The notes: generated by a model not told the origin, from the letters alone. A stretch of DNA of 64,000 nucleotides from an uncultured Erysipelotrichaceae bacterium (GCA_902800355.1 CADCEE010000005.1:12465-76464), one strand, 5' to 3'. Shown: positions 7,468 through 17,046, numbered from the stretch's first letter. Program-made: numbers and translations.

Positions 7468-9762
7468 ATGGCAGAAGCGATTAAAGGTCTTAATATTAAG
7501 CTCGGACTTGATACCACTGAACTAGAGGCTTCTATCAAATCTCTCAATTCCGACTTAAAAGAACAACAACGTGATTTAGCCGCAATTAATAAAAACTTAA
7601 AATACGATTCTTCTAACGTTGATCTATGGAAGCAAAAGCAATCTAAGTTAAACGAAGTTCTTCAAACAACAAAGAAGAAATTAGATGAACAAAAGAAGGC
7701 TCTTGATGTTGCTAGAGAAGGTGTCAAATTAGGCACTGTTTCTGAGCAAGAATTCAACAAGATGCAACGTGCCATCCAATATACGGAGGCAGAAGTAGCA
7801 AAGCTAAATAAGGAACTTAAGGAGACTGAAGGCAAGATTTCAAGTCTTGGTAGCGTTAATGTTGAGAAACTCTCGGCAATTGGATCAGCAATGACCAAAT
7901 ACATTACCGCTCCAGTTACGGCAGCGGTTACAGCTTTATCAGCTTTAGCATTAAAAACCACTGAAACAGTTAATCAAATGTCCGATACCGCTAAACAACT
8001 TGGTGTTGGCCTTGAAGCAATGCAGAAGTGGGAATATGCAGCAAAGCAACTTGGTAGTGAAACCCAATACCTTGATAAGGCATTCCAAAAAGTTAACAAC
8101 TTGTTAGGCCAAATTGCTAACGGAGATGATGTCTCTGAACAATTAGCAAAGATTGGTTTAACAATGGATGATTTAGCAGGTTTGGATGCAGAACAAGCCT
8201 TCGCTAAAATCCGTAGTTCTATTGCTAGCGTAGAAGATGCTGCTACAAGAACTGCTTTAGCAAATCAATTCTTTGGAGATAAATTAGGGACTTTACTTAA
8301 CCCTGTTTTATCTGCTTCCGAAGAAGAACTTCAATCTTGGATGGATGAAGCCGAGAAAGTCGGTATCGTATCTGAAGAAGATGCAGAAATTACTGGTGCT
8401 CTTGGTAATGAAATCTATGCACTTAAACAAGCGTTTCTTTCTTTAAGAACTGAACTTGCAACCGCATTAGCTCCGATTATCACAAAGATAGTGGAGTTCT
8501 TAAGAGAAAAAGTAATACCAAAAATTAAAGAACTTATTCAAAAGTTCAATGAGATGTCCACAAGGATGAAGGGAATCATAGGTGTTGTTACGGCGGTAGC
8601 GGCTGCGATTGGACCAATTCTTACAATCGTTGCTAAAGCAATAACAATGTTTATGAAGTTCAAAGAAGTTCTTGGAACAGTCAGCGAAGCATTCAAAGCT
8701 GTAGGTGGTGCCGCTAAGGCAGGTCCATGGGCTGCACTCATTGCTTTGATAGCGGTGTTACTTCTTCAAAACGAAAACTTCAGAGCCTTACTCAAAAGGG
8801 TTCTTGAAATAGTTCAACAGTTAATCGACAAAATAGTCGAACTTGTTGGAAGAATCATTGAAAAATTGAAACCAATCCTCGACATTTTGATGAATGTTAT
8901 TAATCAAATCATTGATGTATTGGTCGAGGTTATAGATGGCATCCTAGATGTTGTCATGATGGTGTTAGATGAAGTAGTAAAACTACTTGAGAAACTCATT
9001 GATCCAATAACTAGAATCTTAGAAATGCTCACGGCAATCTTGATTCCTGTCACTCAGTTGATAGCAAAGATTCTTCAAGTTGTAGCAAAGATTCTTCAAT
9101 TAGTTATTGGACTTATTGTTCAGATCATCGAAGCAGTAATTGAGTTAATCGATGGGGTTTTGAACATCTTAATCGAAATCATCAACGTAATAGTGGACAT
9201 CTTAGGTGCTGTTATAAATGTTGTAGTGACTTTACTCGACATCTTGGTCGATATTCTAGAACCAATCCTCGAGATCATCTTGGCGATTCTAGAACCACTT
9301 ATCGAATTCATCTCAGGAATTATTGAAATCATCGCTTCCTTGTTCGAAGTGTTGATGCCTCTTATTGAGATTTTCTTAACACCAATTATGGATATCCTTG
9401 ATGTAATCTTTGAGATCATTGAGGCAATTTCTCCTATTTTGGTGATTATTGGAAATGTCATTAAAGCGGTAATTCTTCCTGTTCTCCAACTCTTGATGCA
9501 AATCTTAAAACCAATCCTCGATATCCTAAGTGCCATTATCAATGCGATTAAATGGATTTTGGATCACACAGTTGGTTGGTTAATTAAGTTAATCGAAAAG
9601 ATGTTTGGCACAGGAGACTTTGATGCAGAGAATACGGTCAAAACAACAAGCAATTCATATATGAATACTGACAATTCTCGTACAACAAATAATGTCACTA
9701 TTAACACTAGTGGCGATGTTGATATGGATTCAATTAACGAAGCTTTAGGAGGTGCCTACTAA
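7468..9762 (+). CDS. Tail tape measure protein
   Basis: AGGAGG 7453-7458 then ATG 7468. ~765 aa, N-terminal coiled coil, central hydrophobic segments, long C-terminal Ile/Leu/Asp/Val repeat region; position after G/GT. Confidence 0.75.
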   Translation: MAEAIKGLNIKLGLDTTELEASIKSLNSDLKEQQRDLAAINKNLKYDSSNVDLWKQKQSKLNEVLQTTKKKLDEQKKALDVAREGVKLGTVSEQEFNKMQRAIQYTEAEVAKLNKELKETEGKISSLGSVNVEKLSAIGSAMTKYITAPVTAAVTALSALALKTTETVNQMSDTAKQLGVGLEAMQKWEYAAKQLGSETQYLDKAFQKVNNLLGQIANGDDVSEQLAKIGLTMDDLAGLDAEQAFAKIRSSIASVEDAATRTALANQFFGDKLGTLLNPVLSASEEELQSWMDEAEKVGIVSEEDAEITGALGNEIYALKQAFLSLRTELATALAPIITKIVEFLREKVIPKIKELIQKFNEMSTRMKGIIGVVTAVAAAIGPILTIVAKAITMFMKFKEVLGTVSEAFKAVGGAAKAGPWAALIALIAVLLLQNENFRALLKRVLEIVQQLIDKIVELVGRIIEKLKPILDILMNVINQIIDVLVEVIDGILDVVMMVLDEVVKLLEKLIDPITRILEMLTAILIPVTQLIAKILQVVAKILQLVIGLIVQIIEAVIELIDGVLNILIEIINVIVDILGAVINVVVTLLDILVDILEPILEIILAILEPLIEFISGIIEIIASLFEVLMPLIEIFLTPIMDILDVIFEIIEAISPILVIIGNVIKAVILPVLQLLMQILKPILDILSAIINAIKWILDHTVGWLIKLIEKMFGTGDFDAENTVKTTSNSYMNTDNSRTTNNVTINTSGDVDMDSINEALGGAY
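8800..9560 (+). repeat. Degenerate tandem peptide repeats within the tape measure gene
   Basis: Recurring ~11-residue units of the form ILD/ILE-ILxxVIxxIID/E (e.g. KPILDILMNVINQIIDVLVEVIDGILDVVMMVLDEVV ... EPILEIILAILEPLIEFISGIIEIIASLFEVLMPLIEIF ... KPILDILSAIINAI). Confidence 0.6.
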
Positions 9763-10592
9763 TGAGAAGAAAACTATATTTAGTTAACGAAGTTGGTAGC
9801 ACCTTCTATTTTGACTACACCCACAATTGTGTCATCGAAGAAATGGATGGCTTTGGTTTTGAGTTCGACATTGACTATGAAGAGTTTGATTCAAGGTTTG
9901 TTGAGACAAAACGAAAGATTCCTCAAAGAACCCTTGATTTAACCCTTGATTTCTTTGATGGGTATCATGGTTTTACTCGATGGAGAGAATTCATTACTAA
10001 AAGTAAAGAAGTTCGACTCTTCTATGAAACATCTGTTGGGAAAAAATATTGCTACGTTAATGTTGTCTCTTCAACAAAAGCACAGTTAGAGAGTGGAGTG
10101 CTTAAAAGCAAGGTGAAGATTGATTGTTTATCTCTTTGGCTTGTAAATAAGTCTGCTCATATAGAAGTTACTGATGCTGGTGGTGGAAAGATTTATACGT
10201 ATCAATACCCATATGTATATGCAGTTTCCTTTAATGGAAAAGTCACTGTTAATAATGAATCATCTAGGAATGTACCTTTGGTAATTAGATTAATTGGCAA
10301 TTGCTATAACCCTAGAGTAATCATTCGTCAAAATGGTGTTGATATACAAACATTAAGATTGATAGTTGATGAAAGAGACGAACCAACGATTGTTATTTGC
10401 TCTGAACCAACTAATCAATACATCAAGCGGCTTTTAGATGCAGAAGAACAAGACTATTACGATAAGCAAGACTTTAGTTGTGAAAACTTCTTATTCTTAC
10501 CACCCGGTGAAAGTGAAATATTCTTTGATCCTGGAGTAAGAGAAGAAGCGACCTGTGAAATCTCGTTTAAAGAAGAATATATCGCTCATTAG
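9762..10592 (+). CDS. Distal tail protein (Dit-like) / siphovirus tail component
   Basis: 276 aa; start overlaps the tape measure stop (TAATG); canonical position after TMP. Confidence 0.4.
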   Translation: MRRKLYLVNEVGSTFYFDYTHNCVIEEMDGFGFEFDIDYEEFDSRFVETKRKIPQRTLDLTLDFFDGYHGFTRWREFITKSKEVRLFYETSVGKKYCYVNVVSSTKAQLESGVLKSKVKIDCLSLWLVNKSAHIEVTDAGGGKIYTYQYPYVYAVSFNGKVTVNNESSRNVPLVIRLIGNCYNPRVIIRQNGVDIQTLRLIVDERDEPTIVICSEPTNQYIKRLLDAEEQDYYDKQDFSCENFLFLPPGESEIFFDPGVREEATCEISFKEEYIAH

Positions 10593-10601
10593 GAGGTGTC
10601 T

Positions 10602-11666
10602 ATGCAACTTATCTTTTTAAGTGAACAAGACTTATCAGTAATGGACTACGGTTACGCCACTGATGATTTCGATATTATTCTTGATGCGTTAGTACCTCAA
10701 AAGTCAAAATTCACAGTAAATAAACAAAGTTTAAAAGCGAAAGTTGGTGACTTATTAATTGTTAAAGAAAATGGTTATCCATATGTTGGAATAATCACCT
10801 CTATAAAAACTGATGAAAAGTTACAAACTAAAGTGGAAACAAAAGACTATTTATCTCTTCTTGATGTAGATGTACCTCTTCCAAGAACTTTTAGTGGTAA
10901 CTCAGCTCAATTTATTGTGAATCTGATAAACAACACTTTTAAGTATTCAGGTGACACATACCAAAATGTCAGTTATCTCGAAACATCGGTTGAGGTGGTG
11001 AAGAACTGTAATCTAGCTTATGAAGCAGACACTAAAGAAAACATCCTAGATTTGGTAGAGGAATTCTCTAAAACCTATGGCATTAGACTTGAATACCAAG
11101 TTGTCCTTGCTAATGGAAAGTTTTCCAAAATTAGAATACGAGTTGTTTCTGCTAAAGTTGGTGTCACCATGAAGTCAACTCTTGGTGGTATTACTAATCT
11201 CAACGTAAATGACACAAACGAAATAAGTTTAAACAAAGTTTTTTACATACCAAAAGCTGAGAATACGCAGCATACAAGTCAAGTTATATATTACTTAACA
11301 AACGATGGGCAAGTGGTAACAACAGCACCTGCTCTTAAACGTATTCCAAAAGTGAAGATGAAGTACGAATTCTTTTCTGATAAGGATTATGATTCGCTTC
11401 TTACTAAAGCTACAAAGGCATTAGTGGATTCTTCACTAGAACACACGATCACATTTAATTTCTCATTTATCACCAATCAAATTGATGCTCTTCAAGAACT
11501 AAAAGTTGGTGCAATTGTGAGATTCATCACGGAAAGTAAGACCTACGATACCATCGTTTCTAAGATGGAATTCAAAGGAACTTTCAATGTCGCTAAGGTC
11601 ACACTTGGTGAATATCGCCTGTCTTTGACAGACAAACTCAAATTATTCGATAGGAGGTCTGCTTAA
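10602..11666 (+). CDS. Tail-associated (Tal-like / baseplate) protein without a recognisable lysin domain
   Basis: AGGAGG 10591-10596 then ATG 10602; ~355 aa; position after Dit. Confidence 0.4.
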   Translation: MQLIFLSEQDLSVMDYGYATDDFDIILDALVPQKSKFTVNKQSLKAKVGDLLIVKENGYPYVGIITSIKTDEKLQTKVETKDYLSLLDVDVPLPRTFSGNSAQFIVNLINNTFKYSGDTYQNVSYLETSVEVVKNCNLAYEADTKENILDLVEEFSKTYGIRLEYQVVLANGKFSKIRIRVVSAKVGVTMKSTLGGITNLNVNDTNEISLNKVFYIPKAENTQHTSQVIYYLTNDGQVVTTAPALKRIPKVKMKYEFFSDKDYDSLLTKATKALVDSSLEHTITFNFSFITNQIDALQELKVGAIVRFITESKTYDTIVSKMEFKGTFNVAKVTLGEYRLSLTDKLKLFDRRSA

Positions 11667-12442
11667 TGGCTATTCAAAAAATTACATTCGATGCCGCTTC
11701 GGTATCAAGCAAAATGGATGCCGATATCAATCACTTTTTAACAAGTGGTGTGAATGGCATTTTTTACGGCATTTTAGGTAGATGCCAAGCTTCAGTCAGC
11801 AATAACTATATTTCTTTCCAAAATGGTTACGTACAGGTATACGGAAGAAGAATCTTTGTTGAGAGTGGAACTAAGATATCGGTTTCTTTGGATGGATCAG
11901 CTTATGGCATTGTTGTTATCAAAATTGATCTCGGAAATAACACAATCTCTTTAGAGAAGAAAGAAGCTAGTTCTGCTTATCCAACGCTTATTCAAAATGA
12001 CTTAATGAATGGTGGTCTCATCTATGAGTTTCCGCTTTGTAGATATACCAAAACCTCATCTTCAATCACTTTGGATTCTACATATGATCCACCATATATT
12101 AAAAATGACCAAACAAAGATTAACGAGAAAGCAACTGAAGTCAAAAATGATGCTAGCTCCAAATATGGTTATCTCTATGATGGCTGGTCACACTTGTCTT
12201 ATGGTCACTGTTATACATTTGATAACATCAACTCATTAAACGCCTATAACGGAATTATTAGTGTTTATGTCGGTGGAACAAATGTTATTTTCTGCGGAGC
12301 TTCAGTAGGTGGAAGTGGTGGCATCGTTCATTACCGCTATAACGGTCAAGATTGCACACTTTCATGTCAACTAACTAGCAGCAAACTATATGTCGAAGAT
12401 AGTAGGGGGAATGAACCAAAATATGCAAGAGTTATTAGATAG
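11666..12442 (+). CDS. Putative tail fibre / receptor-binding protein (hypothetical)
   Basis: 258 aa, start overlaps upstream stop (TAATG), Ser/Gly/Tyr-rich beta-type composition, last gene of the tail block. Confidence 0.3.
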   Translation: MAIQKITFDAASVSSKMDADINHFLTSGVNGIFYGILGRCQASVSNNYISFQNGYVQVYGRRIFVESGTKISVSLDGSAYGIVVIKIDLGNNTISLEKKEASSAYPTLIQNDLMNGGLIYEFPLCRYTKTSSSITLDSTYDPPYIKNDQTKINEKATEVKNDASSKYGYLYDGWSHLSYGHCYTFDNINSLNAYNGIISVYVGGTNVIFCGASVGGSGGIVHYRYNGQDCTLSCQLTSSKLYVEDSRGNEPKYARVIR

Positions 12443-13031
12443 ATTATTTTCACCAAACAAGATTTTATTGGTGTATCGCTGCGGTTCTTTAATCTTTGGA
12501 CTAAGCGATGATGAAAGCGATAAAGATTTTACTGTCGTCATTGATGGATTTGATAGTTGCAATGTAGTCAAAACTGATGATTGCGATTTCTTTACCTTTG
12601 GTAGAAGTTATTTTGAGAAGCTTAAAAACTTCGATAAAGGGTGTCTAACATATTTCCTTTGTTGGTTAGACAACACACTTCTCGCCAAAGAAAACATCAT
12701 ATATGTTGATGATTCAATCAAAGATCAACTTGATGAGTTCTTATATATCGATTTCAAAAAACATTTTAAAGATTGGCTTTATCGCTTGATTGCTTATTTT
12801 GGTATCAGGCTTGAAAACTACAAGGATGAAAAGAGTCTTTATCATTTGTATCGAGTCGAATCCCTTATTAGGCATTACAAAGAAACAGGCAAGTTTGAAT
12901 ATTACTTCTCTGAAGAGAACTTCGAACTAGCGAAAGACCTTAAAACTAATATGAACATAGAAAAGCATCTCCCAAGATTAAAGGAGATTTTTTCTTACTT
13001 GTTAAGTCTTTATGAGGAGGAACAAGAATGA
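12390..13031 (+). CDS. Pol-beta superfamily nucleotidyltransferase (KNTase/MNT-like) with helical C-terminal domain
   Basis: NTase signature LVYRCGSLIFGLSDDESDKDFTVV (hG[GS]-x9-13-Dh[DE]h). C-terminal helical part has an RVESLIRH (Rx6H, HEPN-like) element. Alternative start ATG 12411. Confidence 0.5.
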   Translation: MSKIVGGMNQNMQELLDRLFSPNKILLVYRCGSLIFGLSDDESDKDFTVVIDGFDSCNVVKTDDCDFFTFGRSYFEKLKNFDKGCLTYFLCWLDNTLLAKENIIYVDDSIKDQLDEFLYIDFKKHFKDWLYRLIAYFGIRLENYKDEKSLYHLYRVESLIRHYKETGKFEYYFSEENFELAKDLKTNMNIEKHLPRLKEIFSYLLSLYEEEQE

Positions 13032-13297
13032 GTCACATCGTAGAAATCATCATAACAACAGCGTCTATCATTACTGCATTGGGAGTAATCTTTGGGATTC
13101 TATTTGCCTTATTCAAATGGCTTATGAAAAGAGATAAAAACGATGCAGAAATCAAAGAGATAAAGGAAGAACAATCTATTCTCACCAAAGGTGTTCTTGC
13201 CTGTCTTAAAGGTTTAAAGGAACAAGGATGTGATGGTCCAGTTACGGTAGCAATTGCCGAAATTGAAGATCACATAAACAAACAAGCTCATAAATAG
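13028..13297 (+). CDS. Small single-pass membrane protein (holin-like) with charged C-terminus
   Basis: N-terminal TM (IIITTASIITALGVIFGILFALFKWL) then KRDKND-rich tail; overlaps previous gene by 4 nt. Confidence 0.4.
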   Translation: MSHIVEIIITTASIITALGVIFGILFALFKWLMKRDKNDAEIKEIKEEQSILTKGVLACLKGLKEQGCDGPVTVAIAEIEDHINKQAHK

Positions 13298-13308
13298 GAG
13301 GAGCAAAT

Positions 13309-13689
13309 ATGAACCAAATCTTACTTAATATTTTAGCTGCTGTAGTGACAGCAATTGTCCTTCCTCTCATTTCCTATATTGGAGTGAGATTTTCAACTTA
13401 CCTTAATAACAAGATTAAAGATGAAACCGCTAAGAGACTATTGAACGAAGCGACACAAATCGTTCTTAATGCCACAAGAGTGGTTTTTCAGACCTATGTT
13501 GAGGCTTTGAAAGCTGAAGGCAAATTCGATAAAGATGCTCAATTAATTGCCCTTAACAAGGCTAAATCGATTGTCCTAGCAGAACTTAAAGAAGACACTA
13601 GGTCATTCATTGAAAAGAACTATGGAGACTTAACTTCATGGATCACAAATCAAATTGAAGCATCAATCAATATTCTCAAAAACGCATAA
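13309..13689 (+). CDS. Small N-terminally membrane-anchored protein (holin-like / hypothetical)
   Basis: AGGAGGAG RBS; N-terminal TM (ILLNILAAVVTAIVLPLISYIGV) followed by a soluble helical domain; followed by terminator 13709-13736. Confidence 0.4.
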   Translation: MNQILLNILAAVVTAIVLPLISYIGVRFSTYLNNKIKDETAKRLLNEATQIVLNATRVVFQTYVEALKAEGKFDKDAQLIALNKAKSIVLAELKEDTRSFIEKNYGDLTSWITNQIEASINILKNA

Positions 13690-13708
13690 AACGATTCAAA
13701 ACGTACTC

Positions 13709-13736
13709 AGGCTCTCTACCAAGGGAGCCTTTTCTT
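13709..13736 (+). terminator. Rho-independent terminator closing the phage late operon
   Basis: AGGCTC-TCTACCAAGG-GAGCCT hairpin then TTTCTT. Confidence 0.55.
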
Positions 13737-13750
13737 ACAGGAGTCGAACT

Positions 13751-13885
13751 ATGAATCAAGAACTAAAGTTAGAACTAGCCAAAGCATTTATTGATTATGT
13801 ATGGCTTAAAGGAAAAATCTCTGATGAAGAAAGGTCAAAAAGTGAGGCTATCATCAAAGAAAAATTAAATCCAAAAAAAGTGTAA
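13751..13885 (+). CDS. Small hypothetical protein (44 aa)
   Basis: AGGAG then ATG 13751 (MNQELKLELAKAFIDYVWLKGKISDEERSKSEAIIKEKLNPKKV). Confidence 0.3.
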   Translation: MNQELKLELAKAFIDYVWLKGKISDEERSKSEAIIKEKLNPKKV

Positions 13886-14015
13886 AAGGTCGCTGACGAA
13901 ATAAATTGGTCGCGGCAGTATAAATATGAAGAGGGCGGGCGAAAGCCCATATATTTTTTGCCCTATGGAATCCCATCGGTTGCCGAGGGGAACAAAACAA
14001 AGAAAGGAGAAAACT

Positions 14016-15449
14016 ATGAAGAAAAGAGTAGTGGCTTATGCGAGAGTTTCTTCCAAATCTAGATCACAAGCACATTCCTTGGAATTTCAAAAATCATACT
14101 GGAATGAAAAATTAGCAACTGATCCTGATTATGAATTTCTCGGTTTATATGCCGACCACGGAATAAGTGGTAAATCCATTAAGAACAGGACTCAGTTCCT
14201 ACGAATGATTCATAAAGCAATGGATGGAGGAATAGATATTATCTTTACAAAATCAGTGCAAAGGTTTGCTCGTAATACGGAAGAGTTGTTATCAATTGTC
14301 CATGAATTAAGAGATATCGGTGTTGCTGTTGTATTTGAAAAAGAAAATATTAATACCTTACAAATAACTAGTGACTTGTTTCTTACGGTTGCCGCCGCTG
14401 TGGCAGAAGAAGATTTATCTAGATACAGGGCTAATGTTGTTTGGAGCATTGAAGAATCATATAAAAGAGGAAAACCAATTTCTTTTGGCGGAAGAGTTTT
14501 TGGATATCACGTTGGAAAAAACTGTGCTTTGACCATCAATGAGGAAGAAGCTGAAGTGGTTAGAAAAATCTTTGAACTATACATTAGTGGATATAGTCTC
14601 AATGACCTTAAGAATTACTTAGATTCCAAAGGAATTAAGTCACCTATGGGAAGTGTATGGTCAAATTCGACATTAAGTGGAATTCTTCGAAATGAAAAAT
14701 ATATAGGCGATGTGATGCTTCATAAAGAAATTCAGGTAAATGGTGTTAGGAAAGTGATTAGAAATAAAGAAGTGAATCAGTATTATATCGAAAATCATCA
14801 CCCTGCAATTATTACAAAAGAAGTTTTCAAAAAAGCACAGGAAGTAGCTGAATCAAGAAGAAATCCATTATTGGTTGGATTAGTAAACAAAGAATATCCT
14901 TTTACAGCGTTAATTGAATGTTCCTGTTGTCATAAGAAGTTCCATCATAAATTCAATCATTCGAGTTCTAATTATTCTGCTCCTTGGTATCGTTGCTCAT
15001 CTACTAGAGATAAATGTACTTCAACAGCGATTAGAGAAGACATTTTAGAAGAACTCTTTATTGAGGCATTTAATGAGTTTGTTAGAAATAGATATCAAGG
15101 TGTTGAAGAACAAGATTATCAATCCCAAATAGATGCTAAAGAAAAAGAAGAACAGGAATTAACTAAACTATACGCTAATGGTTGGATATCTAAAGAAGAT
15201 TATGATTCCGAACTCAACCAAATCTTAGAAACAAAAAACAAGCTGTTGAAAGAACAAAGTTCTTTAAAATCGAGATTAATAACTGATAGAGATTATAAAG
15301 AACTTAAAGTGTTTGACCCAACAAAGGTAACAAAGTTCCTTAAAAAATGCATTGTCAAAAGAGATACCATCGAATTTCATTTCTACAACGGTGTAATCAT
15401 TTCAAAAAAGGTAATAAATAGGAGGATTTATCATTATGCCACAAACTAA
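14016..15449 (+). CDS. Large serine recombinase (resolvase/invertase catalytic domain + recombinase domain + zinc ribbon), first of a tandem pair
   Basis: AAAGGAGA RBS then ATG 14016. N-terminus VVAYARVSSKSRSQ (catalytic Ser motif), C-rich region (CSCCHKKFHH...CSSTRDKC), C-terminal coiled coil. Track start 13926 is an upstream in-frame extension lacking an RBS. Confidence 0.8.
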   Translation: MKKRVVAYARVSSKSRSQAHSLEFQKSYWNEKLATDPDYEFLGLYADHGISGKSIKNRTQFLRMIHKAMDGGIDIIFTKSVQRFARNTEELLSIVHELRDIGVAVVFEKENINTLQITSDLFLTVAAAVAEEDLSRYRANVVWSIEESYKRGKPISFGGRVFGYHVGKNCALTINEEEAEVVRKIFELYISGYSLNDLKNYLDSKGIKSPMGSVWSNSTLSGILRNEKYIGDVMLHKEIQVNGVRKVIRNKEVNQYYIENHHPAIITKEVFKKAQEVAESRRNPLLVGLVNKEYPFTALIECSCCHKKFHHKFNHSSSNYSAPWYRCSSTRDKCTSTAIREDILEELFIEAFNEFVRNRYQGVEEQDYQSQIDAKEKEEQELTKLYANGWISKEDYDSELNQILETKNKLLKEQSSLKSRLITDRDYKELKVFDPTKVTKFLKKCIVKRDTIEFHFYNGVIISKKVINRRIYHYATN

Positions 15450-17040
15450 TGTCAGGATTATCAAAGCAAATCCGTTTAATTTTAAAAACGAGGCCACTGA
15501 ATCACGCTTATTAAAAGTAGCGGCATATGCACGTGTCTCCACTGATAGCGAAGAACAAGAAGACTCATTCGATAGGCAAGTAAGTTACTACAGCAATTAT
15601 ATCCAATCGAATCCTGAATGGGAGTTTGTGAAAGTCTATAGTGATCCAGGTATTTCAGGAACAAAGGCAGAATCTAGGCCTGGCTTTATGGAAATGATGG
15701 AAGACTGTAGAAAAGGAAAGATTAATAGAATATTAGTTAAATCAATAGCTCGTTTTGCTAGAAATACTGTTGATGCTCTCAAGTATATTAGAGAACTAAA
15801 AGAACTTGGTATCAGCGTTTATTTTGAAGCACACAATCTTGATACTGGCACAAGTGGTGGCGAAGTCCTATTAACAATTCTTGCTGCAACTGCTGAGGAA
15901 GAATCTAGAACAATTTCTAAGAATATCAAATGGACATATCAAAAGAAATTCGAAAGAGGGGAGTTTGTTTTTAATTACTCTCAATTCCTCGGGTTGAAGA
16001 AAACTGATGAAGGATTTGTAATTGTTGAGGAAGAAGCTGAAACTGTACGAAGAATTTATAGAGAATTCTTAAGTGGTGGATCATATCAACAAATTGCAAA
16101 AGGATTAAACGAAGACAATGTAAAAACACCTAGTGGAAGGGGAAGGTTTTCTGCCGCTGTTATTAAAAGCATCTTAACAAATGAAAAGTACTATGGTGCT
16201 TGTATAATGGGGAAAACATTTAAACCTGATGTTTTATCTAAAAAGAGATACAAAAATACAGGTCAAGTTGATTCCTACTATGTAGAAAACGCACTTCCTC
16301 AAATTGTTTCAAAAGAAACTTGGGATAGGGTTCAATTTGAAATTAAAGAAAGAGATGAAAATAGGGGTGTATCAAATAAAGTTTATGGCAAATTCTCTAG
16401 TGCATATCCTTTTTCCAAAATTATTAGATGTGGTTGTTGTGGTTCCTTATTTGTTCGTAATAAGAATATGAGGGGTCATGGTAAAAATATACCTTGTTGG
16501 ACTTGTTCGAGTCATTTTTATCACAGTGATTCATGTCCTCAAAAAGGAATCTCTGAAGAATCAATAAAGAGAGCATTTGTAACTGTTATTAACGAAATAG
16601 CTGAAAATGTTGTAGAACTTAAAAAGGTTGTTGCTGATTCAATTAGAGAATCTATGATGAATACCCCAAAATTTACACCTGAACAACTCGAAGAAGAAAT
16701 CATTGATTTACAGGAAGATATGTTGGAACTCCATAAAAGAAAAACAAAAGGTTTAGTATCTCCAAAAGATTATGCAGAACAGGGACAAGCTCTCGCAGAT
16801 AAAATAGACTTAAAGAAGAGATTGCTTGATGAAATTAAATCCAAGATGATTCTTACCGAACTTACGGCAAAACGAATGACCGAGATTGAAGAGGTTCTTT
16901 CTACTCTTAAGCCTACCGATGACTTTAACGAAATTATATTTAGAAAAATGGTGGAGTCTATCACCGTAAACGATAGAACAAAGTTAACATTCAAATTCAA
17001 GGTTGGCATCGAAAAAACAATAGAAACCGAAATAAAATGA
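15436..17040 (+). CDS. Large serine recombinase, second of a tandem pair (paralogue of the upstream gene)
   Basis: GGAGGA 15421-15426 then ATG 15436, overlapping the upstream gene by 14 nt. AAYARVSTDSEEQ catalytic motif, Cys cluster (CGCCGS...CWTCSSH...C), long C-terminal coiled coil. Confidence 0.8.
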   Translation: MPQTNVRIIKANPFNFKNEATESRLLKVAAYARVSTDSEEQEDSFDRQVSYYSNYIQSNPEWEFVKVYSDPGISGTKAESRPGFMEMMEDCRKGKINRILVKSIARFARNTVDALKYIRELKELGISVYFEAHNLDTGTSGGEVLLTILAATAEEESRTISKNIKWTYQKKFERGEFVFNYSQFLGLKKTDEGFVIVEEEAETVRRIYREFLSGGSYQQIAKGLNEDNVKTPSGRGRFSAAVIKSILTNEKYYGACIMGKTFKPDVLSKKRYKNTGQVDSYYVENALPQIVSKETWDRVQFEIKERDENRGVSNKVYGKFSSAYPFSKIIRCGCCGSLFVRNKNMRGHGKNIPCWTCSSHFYHSDSCPQKGISEESIKRAFVTVINEIAENVVELKKVVADSIRESMMNTPKFTPEQLEEEIIDLQEDMLELHKRKTKGLVSPKDYAEQGQALADKIDLKKRLLDEIKSKMILTELTAKRMTEIEEVLSTLKPTDDFNEIIFRKMVESITVNDRTKLTFKFKVGIEKTIETEIK

Positions 17041-17046
17041 TTAAAG

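Noticed and set aside
8800-9560. Possible CRISPR array (periodic repeats)
   Set aside because: The periodicity is imperfect, lies within a continuous protein-coding frame (the tape measure) and has no conserved direct repeat/spacer structure. No cas genes in the window.
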